From Desulfobulbaceae bacterium UBA5121 (lineage in GTDB: Bacteria > Desulfobacterota > Desulfobulbia > Desulfobulbales > UBA5123), in the NCBI GenBank assembly GCA_002414225.1, contig DHYV01000019.1:54907-118906 (forward strand): a stretch of DNA of 64,000 bases. Reading direction: 5' to 3'. The number at the start of each line of letters is the position of its first letter. Position 1 is the stretch's first letter. Both the position numbers and the translations under genes were made by a program. Under the pieces are notes generated by a model. It saw nothing but the letters and a program-made list of their open reading frames with translations. It ran no database searches and was not told the DNA's origin. This document shows, piece after piece, positions 23,001-33,388 of this stretch.

Positions 23001-24307
23001 TTGCCGGCCACAGCGCCGAAGGCCGGGCCATCCTCAAGGAAATGATCAACGGCTGGGGTTTCCCGGTTATGGAGGCCGAATGCGGCCGCGAGGTAATTGC
23101 CGAACTTGACCAGGCATGCCGGGGAGGGGCGCCCGTCGCGCTTCTCCTGCTCGAGCAACGGTTTCTCAGTCACGGTGACGATGATTTGCTGGGGCAGTTG
23201 AGCAAGGTGCCGGGCTACGCCGGGCTTCCCATCCTCCTTCTCCATTCCACGGTAGCCGTCCCGCCGTGCAAGGGCTGCCGCGAGGCCGGGATACTCTTCT
23301 GCCTTGCGACGCCGGTGGGAAAGGCTGAGCTGCAGGGCGCCATGGAGGCGGCGCTAAGGGGCGAGAGTTGCAACGCCTGTGGCCTTGCCCGGCAAAAGCT
23401 TTCTGCCATTGCGGCGGCGCAGACGCCGTCGGGCTTACCTTCCCTCAAACTGCTGCTGGTGGAGGACAACGATGCCAACCGGGAACTGGCCAGGATCGTG
23501 CTCGAAAACGGCGGCCATGTGGTCACCGAGGCGGTCAACGGCCTGGAGGCCCTGGGGGAGTTGAGCCGGACGCGTTTCGATGCCATCCTCCTCGATGTTC
23601 AGATGCCGCTCCTGGACGGCCTTTCCGTGGCCCGACTCCTGCGCCGTTGTGAGCAGGGGGAGGCGCCGTACGGCGAGGAGGTGGATCAGCAGCTGCTGCA
23701 GGGGGTGGTGCGGATGGTCAAAGGGACCCGGACCCCCATCATCACCATGACGGCCCATGCCATGGCCGGGGACCGCGAGATGTGTCTCGCCGCCGGCATG
23801 GACTACTACGTCACCAAACCCTTCCAGCCTGAAGACGTCAACGCCGTACTCTGGCGCCTGATCCAGGCCTTGCCGCAGCAGCCTGTGGTTGCCGCGAAGC
23901 CGGTTCCCGGAGCCACGGCTGCCGTCTCCTCGGTCAGGGCGCCGGTCTGCCCGGAGCAGGTGAAAGCCCATCTCATCAATGTCTGCAAGATGCCGCGCGA
24001 GCGTGTTGATGTCCTCTTTGACACCTTCCGGCGGACCCTGGTCGGCTATGTCGTCGAGGCCAGGCAGGCCCTGGAGGCGGGCGATGCCTCGGCTGTCCGT
24101 TTAGCGGCTCACAGTCTCAAGGGCGGACTCCTTAACATGGGGCTTGCGGATTGGGCGGAAGTGGCCTTCAAGATCGAAAGCGATGCCAAGAACGCCCGGC
24201 TGGGGGCGGAGCATGTCGCTCTCCTTCGTGAGGTGGACAAAGGGTTGGCGTCCCTGTTTGTCAATACGAATCGGCCCCCGGCAAAGTCGGGGGCTTGTCT
24301 TGCTTAG
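20003..24307 (+). CDS. hybrid sensor histidine kinase (periplasmic sensor domain, 3 PAS, HisKA, HATPase, pseudo-receiver, receiver, HPt)
   Basis: 1434 aa. Two TM helices flank a periplasmic domain of about 300 aa. Three PAS-like blocks. H-box SHEIRTPMNAIIGM; G-boxes DSGIGV and GGTGLGLAISK. REC with VEDNDANRE...LLDVQMP...TKPF. HPt with AHSLKGG (His codon 24110-24112). Confidence 0.9.
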   Translation: MIKKLIDSNIRTYLLVFLVSQCLLVGFLFYDKQEERNLYHRDVITRVESDLGGVLFSYGQISRVVFGEAFNRPEITDILRRAYRADAATQAQLRQDLYRKLLPTYQRLQENGVFQVQFHFPNGISFLRMQRPEEFGDALFPVRASVRIANTEKRDVQGFEEGRHYHAFRFVFPLFSQEGSHVGSVETCVPFVSVQQALSRSYPAEYFFMLKQEVVGRKLLVSRRDNYEFSDLNGDYLRGKNDVANPPDHRQHLSNAILLKIDRAIKSSRFTRKLAAEEPFVVSCSVGGESFLAVFVPVSNVEGQAVGYLYSYAPDAAAAAIHKGYLLSYALVTLLSLLLLCSHRLFAEKVRERLYFQQALLDSLPTPVFYKDTEGRYLGCNKAHAELLGVAPDHLVGRQAHDVYLKEQSECHRQREQELLATGGIDQYETAYQEAGGPGQHLVVYKTPIAAENGAVVGLIGSVFNVTELKQVEQEKEAIRRHLLLILDSAGEGIFGLDSEGRVTFCNKAAEKMLGWKAEELLGRRQHECVHGLRRDDSGHPDGECPAAKCLGNGQQMTVCDEVYWRKDGSSFLVEYATAPILDESERISGGVIIFRDITQRRQAEEALREREAQYRRIFNSTTDALLVFDARGRIVEVNRQACIMYGYAYEQFIDRSRPDIFPSGFHGEVSRFMAPSGGRHGQQLEVEGIKSDGRRFPIEVRGAGFEMKGSPHFLAVIRDISERRRVEEALRLAMEGAEAANRAKSAFLANMSHEIRTPMNAIIGMNRLALHTELTMEQHRYLKTVQDAANGLLGLLNDILDLSKIEAGQLAMEQLPFDLRATMESAVKTLAIRGHEKNLEILCSLPRHVPRGLIGDQMRLKQILLNLLGNAVKFTESGSVALYCEVASSGRGEEDRVTLHFRVVDSGIGVSADKQQFIFDDFTQADSTIARAQGGTGLGLAISKKLCEMMGGMIWLESAPGEGSVFHFTASFARGVVKPEPCFALPTGWPPGQQKSVLLAGHSAEGRAILKEMINGWGFPVMEAECGREVIAELDQACRGGAPVALLLLEQRFLSHGDDDLLGQLSKVPGYAGLPILLLHSTVAVPPCKGCREAGILFCLATPVGKAELQGAMEAALRGESCNACGLARQKLSAIAAAQTPSGLPSLKLLLVEDNDANRELARIVLENGGHVVTEAVNGLEALGELSRTRFDAILLDVQMPLLDGLSVARLLRRCEQGEAPYGEEVDQQLLQGVVRMVKGTRTPIITMTAHAMAGDREMCLAAGMDYYVTKPFQPEDVNAVLWRLIQALPQQPVVAAKPVPGATAAVSSVRAPVCPEQVKAHLINVCKMPRERVDVLFDTFRRTLVGYVVEARQALEAGDASAVRLAAHSLKGGLLNMGLADWAEVAFKIESDAKNARLGAEHVALLREVDKGLASLFVNTNRPPAKSGACLA

Positions 24308-24523
24308 CGGAGCGTGGCCCTTCGGGCCTATCCGAAGCAGGCCGTCTTTTTGCACTCCCTGTGCGACAAGTCGTCGTCCAGCCTATCCGTGGCCACCATT
24401 TTCGCGGGAAGCTTTTTCCAAAAGAACGGCCGCCAGAAAATAATGGCACGCAAGAATCGGCAATAAAGCAGCTGCGTTGCCTGTGCTAAAGGCCCCCTCC
24501 CTGAACCGCCAAGCTTTATGAGA

Positions 24524-24549
24524 CCCCCCCCAACCAGGCCCGGGGGGGG
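24524..24549. repeat. C8-N10-G8 inverted homopolymer pair (potential hairpin)
   Basis: cccccccc aaccaggccc gggggggg read directly, in the spacer after the kinase gene. Confidence 0.6.
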
Positions 24550-25051
24550 TACCTGAAAGAAATGAAAGGGCCTTTCCGCGACAGCGGCCCGGTTTCTTCC
24601 CCTCACCCTTCGCCATTCTTTGTCGCCGCTACCGTTTACGTATCTCCCCGGAACATTGCATTTCTTGCTGGATGTCCCTCCGGGCCCGGGGGGGCTCTCG
24701 CTACGGCTTTGGCGAACCGCCAAAGGCCCCCTGGGGCCGGCCCGGAGACCTGTTTCGTTTTCAGGGGGAAAATACGGGGTGGTAGTGCTTAGTTTGGTGT
24801 TTTTTGTTGGCGAGTTTATTCATATTTACATGAAATTATTAGAAATAAAAAAACAGTCCTTCGGTGTTTAGTACGGGGAAGCCATCCCTATTCTTTTTGG
24901 TTGTTTGGGGTTAGTTTTTTGTAGATAATTCAAATACATATTTAAGTTTTGATAAGGTCCGGACAAAAAAAGTTTTGTTCGGCTGGCGTCTCCAGGGAGG
25001 GCGGCTTGCCGCCGTTGACATCCGAAGGCATGCGCAATCGCAGGAGTTTGA

Positions 25052-25351
25052 ATGGGGCCGGAAAAACGGGGACATGAAAGGCATGCCATTCATGAGGAGA
25101 TCTCCTATACCGTGGACAATCGCACCTATTCATCGGAAACCATTGACATTGGCATGGGTGGAATCAAGTTCGGCACCGAGCAGCTCCTGCCGCCTCTGAC
25201 CCCGACCACTATCGTCCTGAAAAAGTCACCCGAGGTCGTCTTTGTCGGCGTGGTCATGTGGTCCGGGCGGATTGATTCCCGTTATACAGCTGCCATGAAG
25301 TTTGATAATCTCTCCCGGCTGCAGCGGCAACAGCTGATGCGGTTTTTGTAA
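25052..25351 (+). CDS. PilZ-domain protein (putative c-di-GMP receptor)
   Basis: 99 aa with RGHER (RxxxR) near the N-terminus and DIGMGG (a D/NxSxxG-like variant). Confidence 0.75.
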   Translation: MGPEKRGHERHAIHEEISYTVDNRTYSSETIDIGMGGIKFGTEQLLPPLTPTTIVLKKSPEVVFVGVVMWSGRIDSRYTAAMKFDNLSRLQRQQLMRFL

Positions 25352-25394
25352 AAGTGTGACGGCTGGGTATCTGGGAGTTGTCGAGGAGGGTGTT

Positions 25395-25607
25395 ATGCAG
25401 AAGCGTTTTAAATATCGGATCGAAAGGGGTGCGGAAGGGTTTATCGAGTCATGGGTGTGTGAGCCGTGCAAGAAGAAGAATGCGGAGAGTATCCTGCTGG
25501 GCAAGTGGAAGTTGATTGACCGCTGTGAAGACCCTCTCCTGCCGTGTGCGTATTGCAGTGCGGCAGGAGAAACCGGAGTCACCGTCGAGAAACAGGCCGG
25601 CGGCTGA
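25395..25607 (+). CDS. small Cys-rich (zinc-ribbon-like) hypothetical protein
   Basis: ATG at 25395 lies 4 nt after GAGGAGGG. CEPC ... CAYC pairs. The track ORF begins at 25356. Confidence 0.45.
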   Translation: MQKRFKYRIERGAEGFIESWVCEPCKKKNAESILLGKWKLIDRCEDPLLPCAYCSAAGETGVTVEKQAGG

Positions 25608-25745
25608 CGGCCGTTGGTGCCAAGGCAGGCAGTTGTGCAGCCGGGGAGAAGGCGGGGCAGGATCCCGTCTTCTCCCCTTTTTTCTTATGTGGCCGTGCTG
25701 CCTTGAGGTGACTTGCGGGGGAGGGCCTCTTCGCTTGCCCGCCGG

Positions 25746-26639
25746 CTATCGATCACCGAGGCAGCATTTTGCGACTGGCGTCGACACCGTGCTCTGAAAG
25801 GCGTCGATGGCCGCTTGGTGGATGGCGTCCACCTTCTCCTGGTAGGCGGCAGGGGTGATGCTGGCGCCACGGATACCGCCCCGCAGGTTGATTTCGGCCA
25901 GATAGCAACGGTCGTCCGGGGTGACCATGAGGTCGATGTGGGCATAGGGGAACCTGCCCCGGGTCATGGCCCGGCGGCAGAGTCGCCACTGCGGGTCGGT
26001 GAGTTCGCAGGGACGGCTTTCGCCGCCAAAGTGGAGGTTGTTGCGAAAGTTGTGGGGGTTGTGGCGCCAGTATGCCTCCACGTATTCCCCAAGGACGATG
26101 ACCCGGATGTCGCGGCCATCAGCCACAAAGGGCTGGAGGACGAAAGGAAGCGGCATGGTTCCGAAGGAGGCCAGGGAAAAGATCTCCTCGGTGGAGTTCC
26201 ACAGGTGGATGCCCATGCCGGCGTTGCGGCGGTCATGCTTGGTGACCACCCGGCCGACCTCGTGCTGCTGGTAGAGGTTGATCGTCTCCTGCAGGTCGTG
26301 GAGGTCGTGGATGGCCCGGGTCAGCGGCACCATTTCACGGCTGTAGAGGTGGGCCTGAAGGCATTTCGAGCGACAGGCGAGCTGGGCAAGGGCGGCGGGA
26401 AAGATCTGTACCCCCCGTTCCACCAGATCGAGGAGCAGGGCCTCCTCGCTCGCCTTGAGTCGCACCCGGCCGACGAAGCAGTCGCCCGCCGCAAGGTCGT
26501 CGTAGCGTTGCCGTAGGCTATGGTTATTGGTGATGAGTCGGGGTTGGTCCGCCAAGGGATCTTCCTGCAAAGAGAGATGGGCGCCTAGAAGAGCATCTCC
26601 AGAAACCGCTGGTGGGAGGCGGAGAGGTCGGCGTTGCAT
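25746..26639 (-). CDS. RimK-family ATP-grasp ligase-like protein
   Basis: GRDIRVIVLG, FRNNLHFGG and AHIDLMV...YLAEINLRGG blocks are typical of RimK/LysX-type ATP-grasp enzymes. The start is uncertain: ATG 26639 overlaps the upstream mini-gene by 55 nt, and TTG 26570 is the alternative. Confidence 0.85.
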   Translation of the reverse strand: MQRRPLRLPPAVSGDALLGAHLSLQEDPLADQPRLITNNHSLRQRYDDLAAGDCFVGRVRLKASEEALLLDLVERGVQIFPAALAQLACRSKCLQAHLYSREMVPLTRAIHDLHDLQETINLYQQHEVGRVVTKHDRRNAGMGIHLWNSTEEIFSLASFGTMPLPFVLQPFVADGRDIRVIVLGEYVEAYWRHNPHNFRNNLHFGGESRPCELTDPQWRLCRRAMTRGRFPYAHIDLMVTPDDRCYLAEINLRGGIRGASITPAAYQEKVDAIHQAAIDAFQSTVSTPVAKCCLGDR

Positions 26640-26800
26640 TCGGCGCAGAAAAATTTGATTTCGCCGAGGATCTGTGATTCGTCGCCGTCCTGGGTGAAGC
26701 TGCCGTCGTCGTTCTGGACGTACCGGGTGGTGAGGATAACGCCATCGGCGACCTCGAAGAAATCTCGGTCATTGCCGCAGTTGGGGCAGGTGATCCGCAT
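26585..26800 (-). CDS. zinc-ribbon mini-protein (71 aa)
   Basis: ATG at 26800 lies 6 nt after AGAGGAAG. CPNCG ... CAECN knuckles with an acidic/Thr-Ser-rich middle (QNDDGSFTQDGDESQ). The track ORF starts 20 codons upstream. Confidence 0.55.
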   Translation of the reverse strand: MRITCPNCGNDRDFFEVADGVILTTRYVQNDDGSFTQDGDESQILGEIKFFCAECNADLSASHQRFLEMLF

Positions 26801-27189
26801 GCAGTTCTTCCTCTGACGCGGGGTTTGCTGGCGTGTTGGGGTTGTCCGTTCTACTTCCATTCCTTATCTTCTCCGTTCCCAGTCCTTCGGGTCAATGCAA
26901 AACTATTGGAATCGCGCCGCTGGATGCAACGGCGGAGCATGGCTTCCGTGGAACTCATAAGGCAAAAGTATTTATGTTATGAGATATTGACAAATATGTC
27001 AATATTCTTCTCGGTAGCGTTTTGGGGCCGGGGGCGGCGTATTGCCTCGGTCTCCGCGGAACCTTTTTCGGGCGATGAGCAATTTACGCGCGTGGCAAAT
27101 TTGAGTATCGTAACGACTGGCATTTTTGTTTTCCCCAAGGGCGTCGTGGGCGCTGATCGCTTTTTCCTTTGACGGGGTGCCGTTCGGCC

Positions 27190-27735
27190 ATGGTACAGTT
27201 GCAACGCAAAGTCATTCTCACCGGCTACCGGGCCTGCGGCAAGAGCGCGGTGGGGCGGTTGCTCGCCCGTCGGCTGGGCGTCGCCTTTCTTGACATGGAC
27301 AAGGAGATCGAGGCTCGGGAGGGGACGACCATCAGCGAGATGGTCGCCGCCCACGGCTGGCCATATTTCCGGCAGCGGGAAGCGGCGCTGCTGGCGGAGC
27401 TGGTGGGGCGCGACCGGCTGGTGGTCGCCACCGGCGGCGGCGCCATTATGCACCAGGGGGTGTGGTTGCGGCTGATGGCAACCGGCCTGGTGGTTTGGCT
27501 CACCGCCGACCCCGCAACCATCTGTAAGCGTCTTGCTGCCGACAGCGCCAGCCCCGGCCAGCGGCCGTCACTCACCGGGGCCTCCATCCTTGCCGAGGTC
27601 GAGGCGGTGCTTGGCGAGCGACTTCCCCTCTACCTACAGGGCTCGCATCTGGCTGTGGACACGGCCGGCCATACTCCTGAGGAGATCGTGGCCCGCATCG
27701 AGGCGGCATTGGCGGCAAGACAACGCGATAGCTGA
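27190..27735 (+). CDS. aroK: shikimate kinase
   Basis: ILTGYRACGKSAVGRLLARRLG P-loop and FLDMDKEIE. A TTG at 27169 is an alternative start. Confidence 0.9.
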   Translation: MVQLQRKVILTGYRACGKSAVGRLLARRLGVAFLDMDKEIEAREGTTISEMVAAHGWPYFRQREAALLAELVGRDRLVVATGGGAIMHQGVWLRLMATGLVVWLTADPATICKRLAADSASPGQRPSLTGASILAEVEAVLGERLPLYLQGSHLAVDTAGHTPEEIVARIEAALAARQRDS

Positions 27736-27944
27736 TTATCAGTTTTTATTGACAGCCCTTTGCAAAACGAACTTCGTAGCGAGATCGAGAGAAAATATTC
27801 TGAGCAGGGCTGAGAGGTTGAATCGTCCGGAAGCGTAGCCGCGCAACGGAGGGGCGATTTGACATTGAAAATGCAGCACAGGGTATTTTTAGCCGTTCGG
27901 AGTAGATGTTCATTTTCCCAGAGGTTCGAGAGGAAGGAAATCAT

Positions 27945-29027
27945 ATGGCAGGCAATACATTTGGCTCGGTGTTCCGGGTGACCACCTGGGGCGAATCGCA
28001 CGGCACGGCAGTGGGCGCCACCATCGACGGCTGTCCCCCGGGGCTCGAACTCACCCCGGAGGTGATTCAGGTGGAGATGGATCGGCGGCGGCCCGGCGGC
28101 GGTGGGGCGGCCAGTCCCCGCAAGGAACCCGATCAGGCCGAGATCCTCTCCGGGGTCTATGAGGGGAGAACCACCGGCACTCCCATTTCCCTGGTCATCA
28201 ACAACAAGGATGCCCACAGCAAGTCGTACGATCACCTGAAGGAGATCTTCCGGCCCGGTCATGGCGACATCACCTATTTGAAGAAGTACGGCCTTCGCGA
28301 CCATCGCGGCGGTGGCCGCGCTTCGGCCAGGGAAACCGCCGCCCGGGTGGCGGCTGGCGCGGTGGCCAAGGTGTTGCTGGCCCAGGCCGGCATTACCGTT
28401 ACCGCCTATACCGTGGCCCTGGGCGGCATTCGAGCCCAGGCCCAGGATATGGCCACCTCCCTGGCCGCGATCAATGAAAACCGCTTCTACTGCCCCGACC
28501 CCGAGGCGGCCGAACGCATGGAGGCACGGGTGGCCGAGGTCAAGGCCCAGGGCGATACCCTGGGCGGTATTGTCGAGATCATGGCCACCGGCTGTCCGGC
28601 GGGTCTCGGCGAGCCGGTCTTTGACAAGCTCGACGGCGCGCTCGCCGGGGCACTGATGTCCATCGGCGCGGTCAAGGGGGTGGAGATCGGCTCGGGCTTC
28701 GCGGCCGCCGAACTCACCGGCTCCCAGAACAACGACCCCCTCACCCCCGTGGGTTTTGTCGGCAACCGGGCCGGCGGCATCCTGGCCGGGGTGTCAAGCG
28801 GTGCGCCCATCGTCGCCCGGGTGGCGGTGAAGCCCATTCCTTCCATCGCCAAAGAGCAGCATACCGTGAACCTTGCCAACGAACCGGTGTCCATTAAGAT
28901 AGGGGGCCGCCACGACATATCGGCCATCCCGCGCATCGTGCCGGTCTGCGAGGCCATGGTGCGTCTCACCCTGGCCGATTTCCTCCTCCGACAGCGCGCC
29001 ATTCGCTGTCAGGATCGGGCGTGGTAG
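27945..29027 (+). CDS. aroC: chorismate synthase
   Basis: MAGNTFGSVFRVTTWGESHG N-terminus, RPGHGD and GGRHD blocks. GAGGAAGG RBS. The track ORF starts 13 codons earlier. Confidence 0.95.
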   Translation: MAGNTFGSVFRVTTWGESHGTAVGATIDGCPPGLELTPEVIQVEMDRRRPGGGGAASPRKEPDQAEILSGVYEGRTTGTPISLVINNKDAHSKSYDHLKEIFRPGHGDITYLKKYGLRDHRGGGRASARETAARVAAGAVAKVLLAQAGITVTAYTVALGGIRAQAQDMATSLAAINENRFYCPDPEAAERMEARVAEVKAQGDTLGGIVEIMATGCPAGLGEPVFDKLDGALAGALMSIGAVKGVEIGSGFAAAELTGSQNNDPLTPVGFVGNRAGGILAGVSSGAPIVARVAVKPIPSIAKEQHTVNLANEPVSIKIGGRHDISAIPRIVPVCEAMVRLTLADFLLRQRAIRCQDRAW

Positions 29028-29070
29028 GGGGCGTCGTCGCTGCCTTGCTGGCGGCCGCAACTTCTTAAGG

Positions 29071-29403
29071 ATGCACATGTTTCCCGAAATAATCACCAGT
29101 TTGCCGCAGGCGGATATCCCAATTGAGAAGGTCAGGGCGTTTCTCGTGCAAGGCGAGAGCCAGCAAGTTCTGTTTATGGAATTTGAGAATGATCTCGAAA
29201 TCCCGGCGCACTCTCACCAAGCCCAGTGGGGTGTGGTCCTGGAGGGCGAGATTGAGTTGAAAATTGGAGAACAAGAGCACCTTTTCAAAAGGGGTGACAC
29301 CTATTTCATCCCAAAAGGGGCAGTGCATAGCGCCAAAATAAAGAAAGGCTACCGGGACATTACGTTCTTCAACCAGAAAGACCGGTACTCCATTAAAAAA
29401 TAG
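29071..29403 (+). CDS. cupin-domain protein
   Basis: 110 aa with PAHSHQAQWGVVLEGE ... GDTYFIPKGAVH, matching the two cupin motifs. ATG 29077 has better RBS spacing. Confidence 0.8.
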   Translation: MHMFPEIITSLPQADIPIEKVRAFLVQGESQQVLFMEFENDLEIPAHSHQAQWGVVLEGEIELKIGEQEHLFKRGDTYFIPKGAVHSAKIKKGYRDITFFNQKDRYSIKK

Positions 29404-29498
29404 CAGTGCACCTCCGGCACCCGGCGAGTGCCCTCGCACCTGGAGCGGCATGGGGGGCGGGGGAAATCGTCCGAAATTTTTGCTAAGGAGCTGGGCAG

Positions 29499-31094
29499 AT
29501 GAGTGCGGCGGACGGCGGAGAAGCGATTAAGTCGGTGTGGATGGTGACCCGTGAATACGAGGGGCTTGCCGGGGCCGGTGGCGTCAAGGACGTGTCGCGG
29601 CAGCTGGCAGCGGCCTTGGTCCGCGCCGGAAGGACGGTCACCGTGGTGATGCCCCTCTACGGCTTCATGGACCCCGAGACGCTGGGCTTCAAGCGGCTCG
29701 ACGGCCTCGTCCTGCAGGTGGACATGGCCTATGTGGGGGAGGAGCGGCGGGAGAAGGTCAGTTTTTGGGAGCGGCGAATTGAACGGGTGCACGTCGTGCT
29801 GGTGGATGCCGAACGTTTCCGGGAAAAACAGGGGATCTACACCTACACCGCCGTCGAAGAGGCGGCCGACTCGCACCATGTCCGCGGCTCGGGCCATTAC
29901 GACTACTTCGCCATGAACGTCCTGCTGGAGAAGGCGGCGCTCGACCTGATGCTCGCCACCGGCCAGCACCCCGACGTCATCCACTGCCATGACGGTCATA
30001 CCGCCCTGATCCCGGCGCTGATCCGCGAGCGCGAAGGCTACCGAGCCTACTTCCGCGCCACCGGCCTGGTGGTCACCATCCACAACGCTGGCCGCGGCTA
30101 CCACCAGGAGGTGGGCGACCTGCCCTTTGCCGAGGCGGTCACCGGCCTGCCGGCACGGGTGATCGGTGCGAACCTCCTCGAGGGCGGTTTCGATCCCTTC
30201 CTGGCTGCGGCGGCCTACGCGGTGCTCAACACGGTGAGCGAGAACTACGCCCGGGAGCTGCGCGAGACTGGTGACGACGAACTCACCGGCTGGCTCGGCC
30301 ATGCCCTGGGCAGCCGGGGAGTGATCCTGCGGGGGGTGACCAACGGCATCGACCCGGCCGCCTTTGATACCACCAAGCCCAAGAAGCTGGGCCTGTCGGT
30401 TGGCTACGATCCGGCCGCCGGCGACCTGGCCGGCAAGCACCGCTGCCGCCGCGAGCTGGTCGATGCCCTGGCCGACGGCGGGGTCCGGGATGCGGCGCAG
30501 AGCGGTATGCTCGCCGGCCGGCTCGATCTGCCGCTCTTTACCCTCATCGGCCGGCTCACCGCCCAGAAGGGGGTGGACAAGCTCCTGGACGCCCTCGAGC
30601 GCCTGCTGCCGCTTGATCCCGATTTCCAGATCCTCATCCTCGGCTCCGGCGACAAGGAAATCGAGGCCGGGCTGGTCCGGCTGGCCGAACGTCAGGAATA
30701 CCACGGCAGGGTCTGCGTGTTGCGCGGCTATGCCCAGGAACTGGCCAGCCGGATCTATGCGGCCGGCGATTTTTTCCTCATCCCCTCTCGCTACGAGCCC
30801 TGCGGCCTCACCGATTTCATCGCCCAGCTCTTCGGCGCCCTGCCCGTCGTTCACCACGTGGGCGGTCTGGTCAAGGTGCGCGACGGGGTCACCGGTTTTG
30901 CGTATCGCGACCACGCCGCCGCCGCCCTCATGGCCACCATGCAACGGGCGCTTCAGGTCTTCCGGGAGCAGCCGGCGAAGATCACCGCCATGCAGCAGGC
31001 CGCGGTGGCGGAGATCCGCGACCGCTACACCTGGGACGTGGTGGTGCACCGCTACCTCGAACTCTACGGCGAGGCCCAACGGCTGGCGGGGTGA
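29499..31094 (+). CDS. glgA: glycogen/starch synthase-like glycosyltransferase (GT5)
   Basis: 531 aa. AAGGAG RBS. N-terminal GLAGAGGVKDV (a variant of the KTGGL motif) and C-terminal PSRYEPCGLTDF...PVVHHVGGL. Confidence 0.85.
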   Translation: MSAADGGEAIKSVWMVTREYEGLAGAGGVKDVSRQLAAALVRAGRTVTVVMPLYGFMDPETLGFKRLDGLVLQVDMAYVGEERREKVSFWERRIERVHVVLVDAERFREKQGIYTYTAVEEAADSHHVRGSGHYDYFAMNVLLEKAALDLMLATGQHPDVIHCHDGHTALIPALIREREGYRAYFRATGLVVTIHNAGRGYHQEVGDLPFAEAVTGLPARVIGANLLEGGFDPFLAAAAYAVLNTVSENYARELRETGDDELTGWLGHALGSRGVILRGVTNGIDPAAFDTTKPKKLGLSVGYDPAAGDLAGKHRCRRELVDALADGGVRDAAQSGMLAGRLDLPLFTLIGRLTAQKGVDKLLDALERLLPLDPDFQILILGSGDKEIEAGLVRLAERQEYHGRVCVLRGYAQELASRIYAAGDFFLIPSRYEPCGLTDFIAQLFGALPVVHHVGGLVKVRDGVTGFAYRDHAAAALMATMQRALQVFREQPAKITAMQQAAVAEIRDRYTWDVVVHRYLELYGEAQRLAG

Positions 31095-31185
31095 GCAGGG
31101 CCAAGGCGGAGAGAAAAGGCGGAACGCTGGCCGGGTTTCCGCCCCAAGACTACGGACTAACCCCTTCATTTGTAAGGAAGCGCCC

Positions 31186-33121
<1,936 letters not shown>

Positions 33122-33388
33122 AGGTAACTCCGTGAACGGCCAGGCCGGAAACAGGCCGTATCACCCTAGGTAGTTTCCATCCGGAAACGAGAAATTTCGT
33201 TCGAGGGCAAGGCGCGCGGGAGGCGAAAAAGCGGAGCGTACATGAGGTACGTGAGCATTTTTCGACGACCAAGCAACGCCGCCATCGGGCGAAAGGGCCG
33301 TTTCCGGACGGGAACTAGGTAAATTTGTCGGCGGAAGGCGTCTTGGCGCGTCTTCCGCCGGTCTTTCTCTGCTCAGGTCCCTTCGCCC

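Noticed and set aside
30364-31185. N-terminal 274 codons of track ORF 30364..31998
   Set aside because: This part is an alternative frame of the glgA-like gene (Pro/Ser/Arg/Trp-rich). A real start with an RBS exists at 31186, after the glgA stop.
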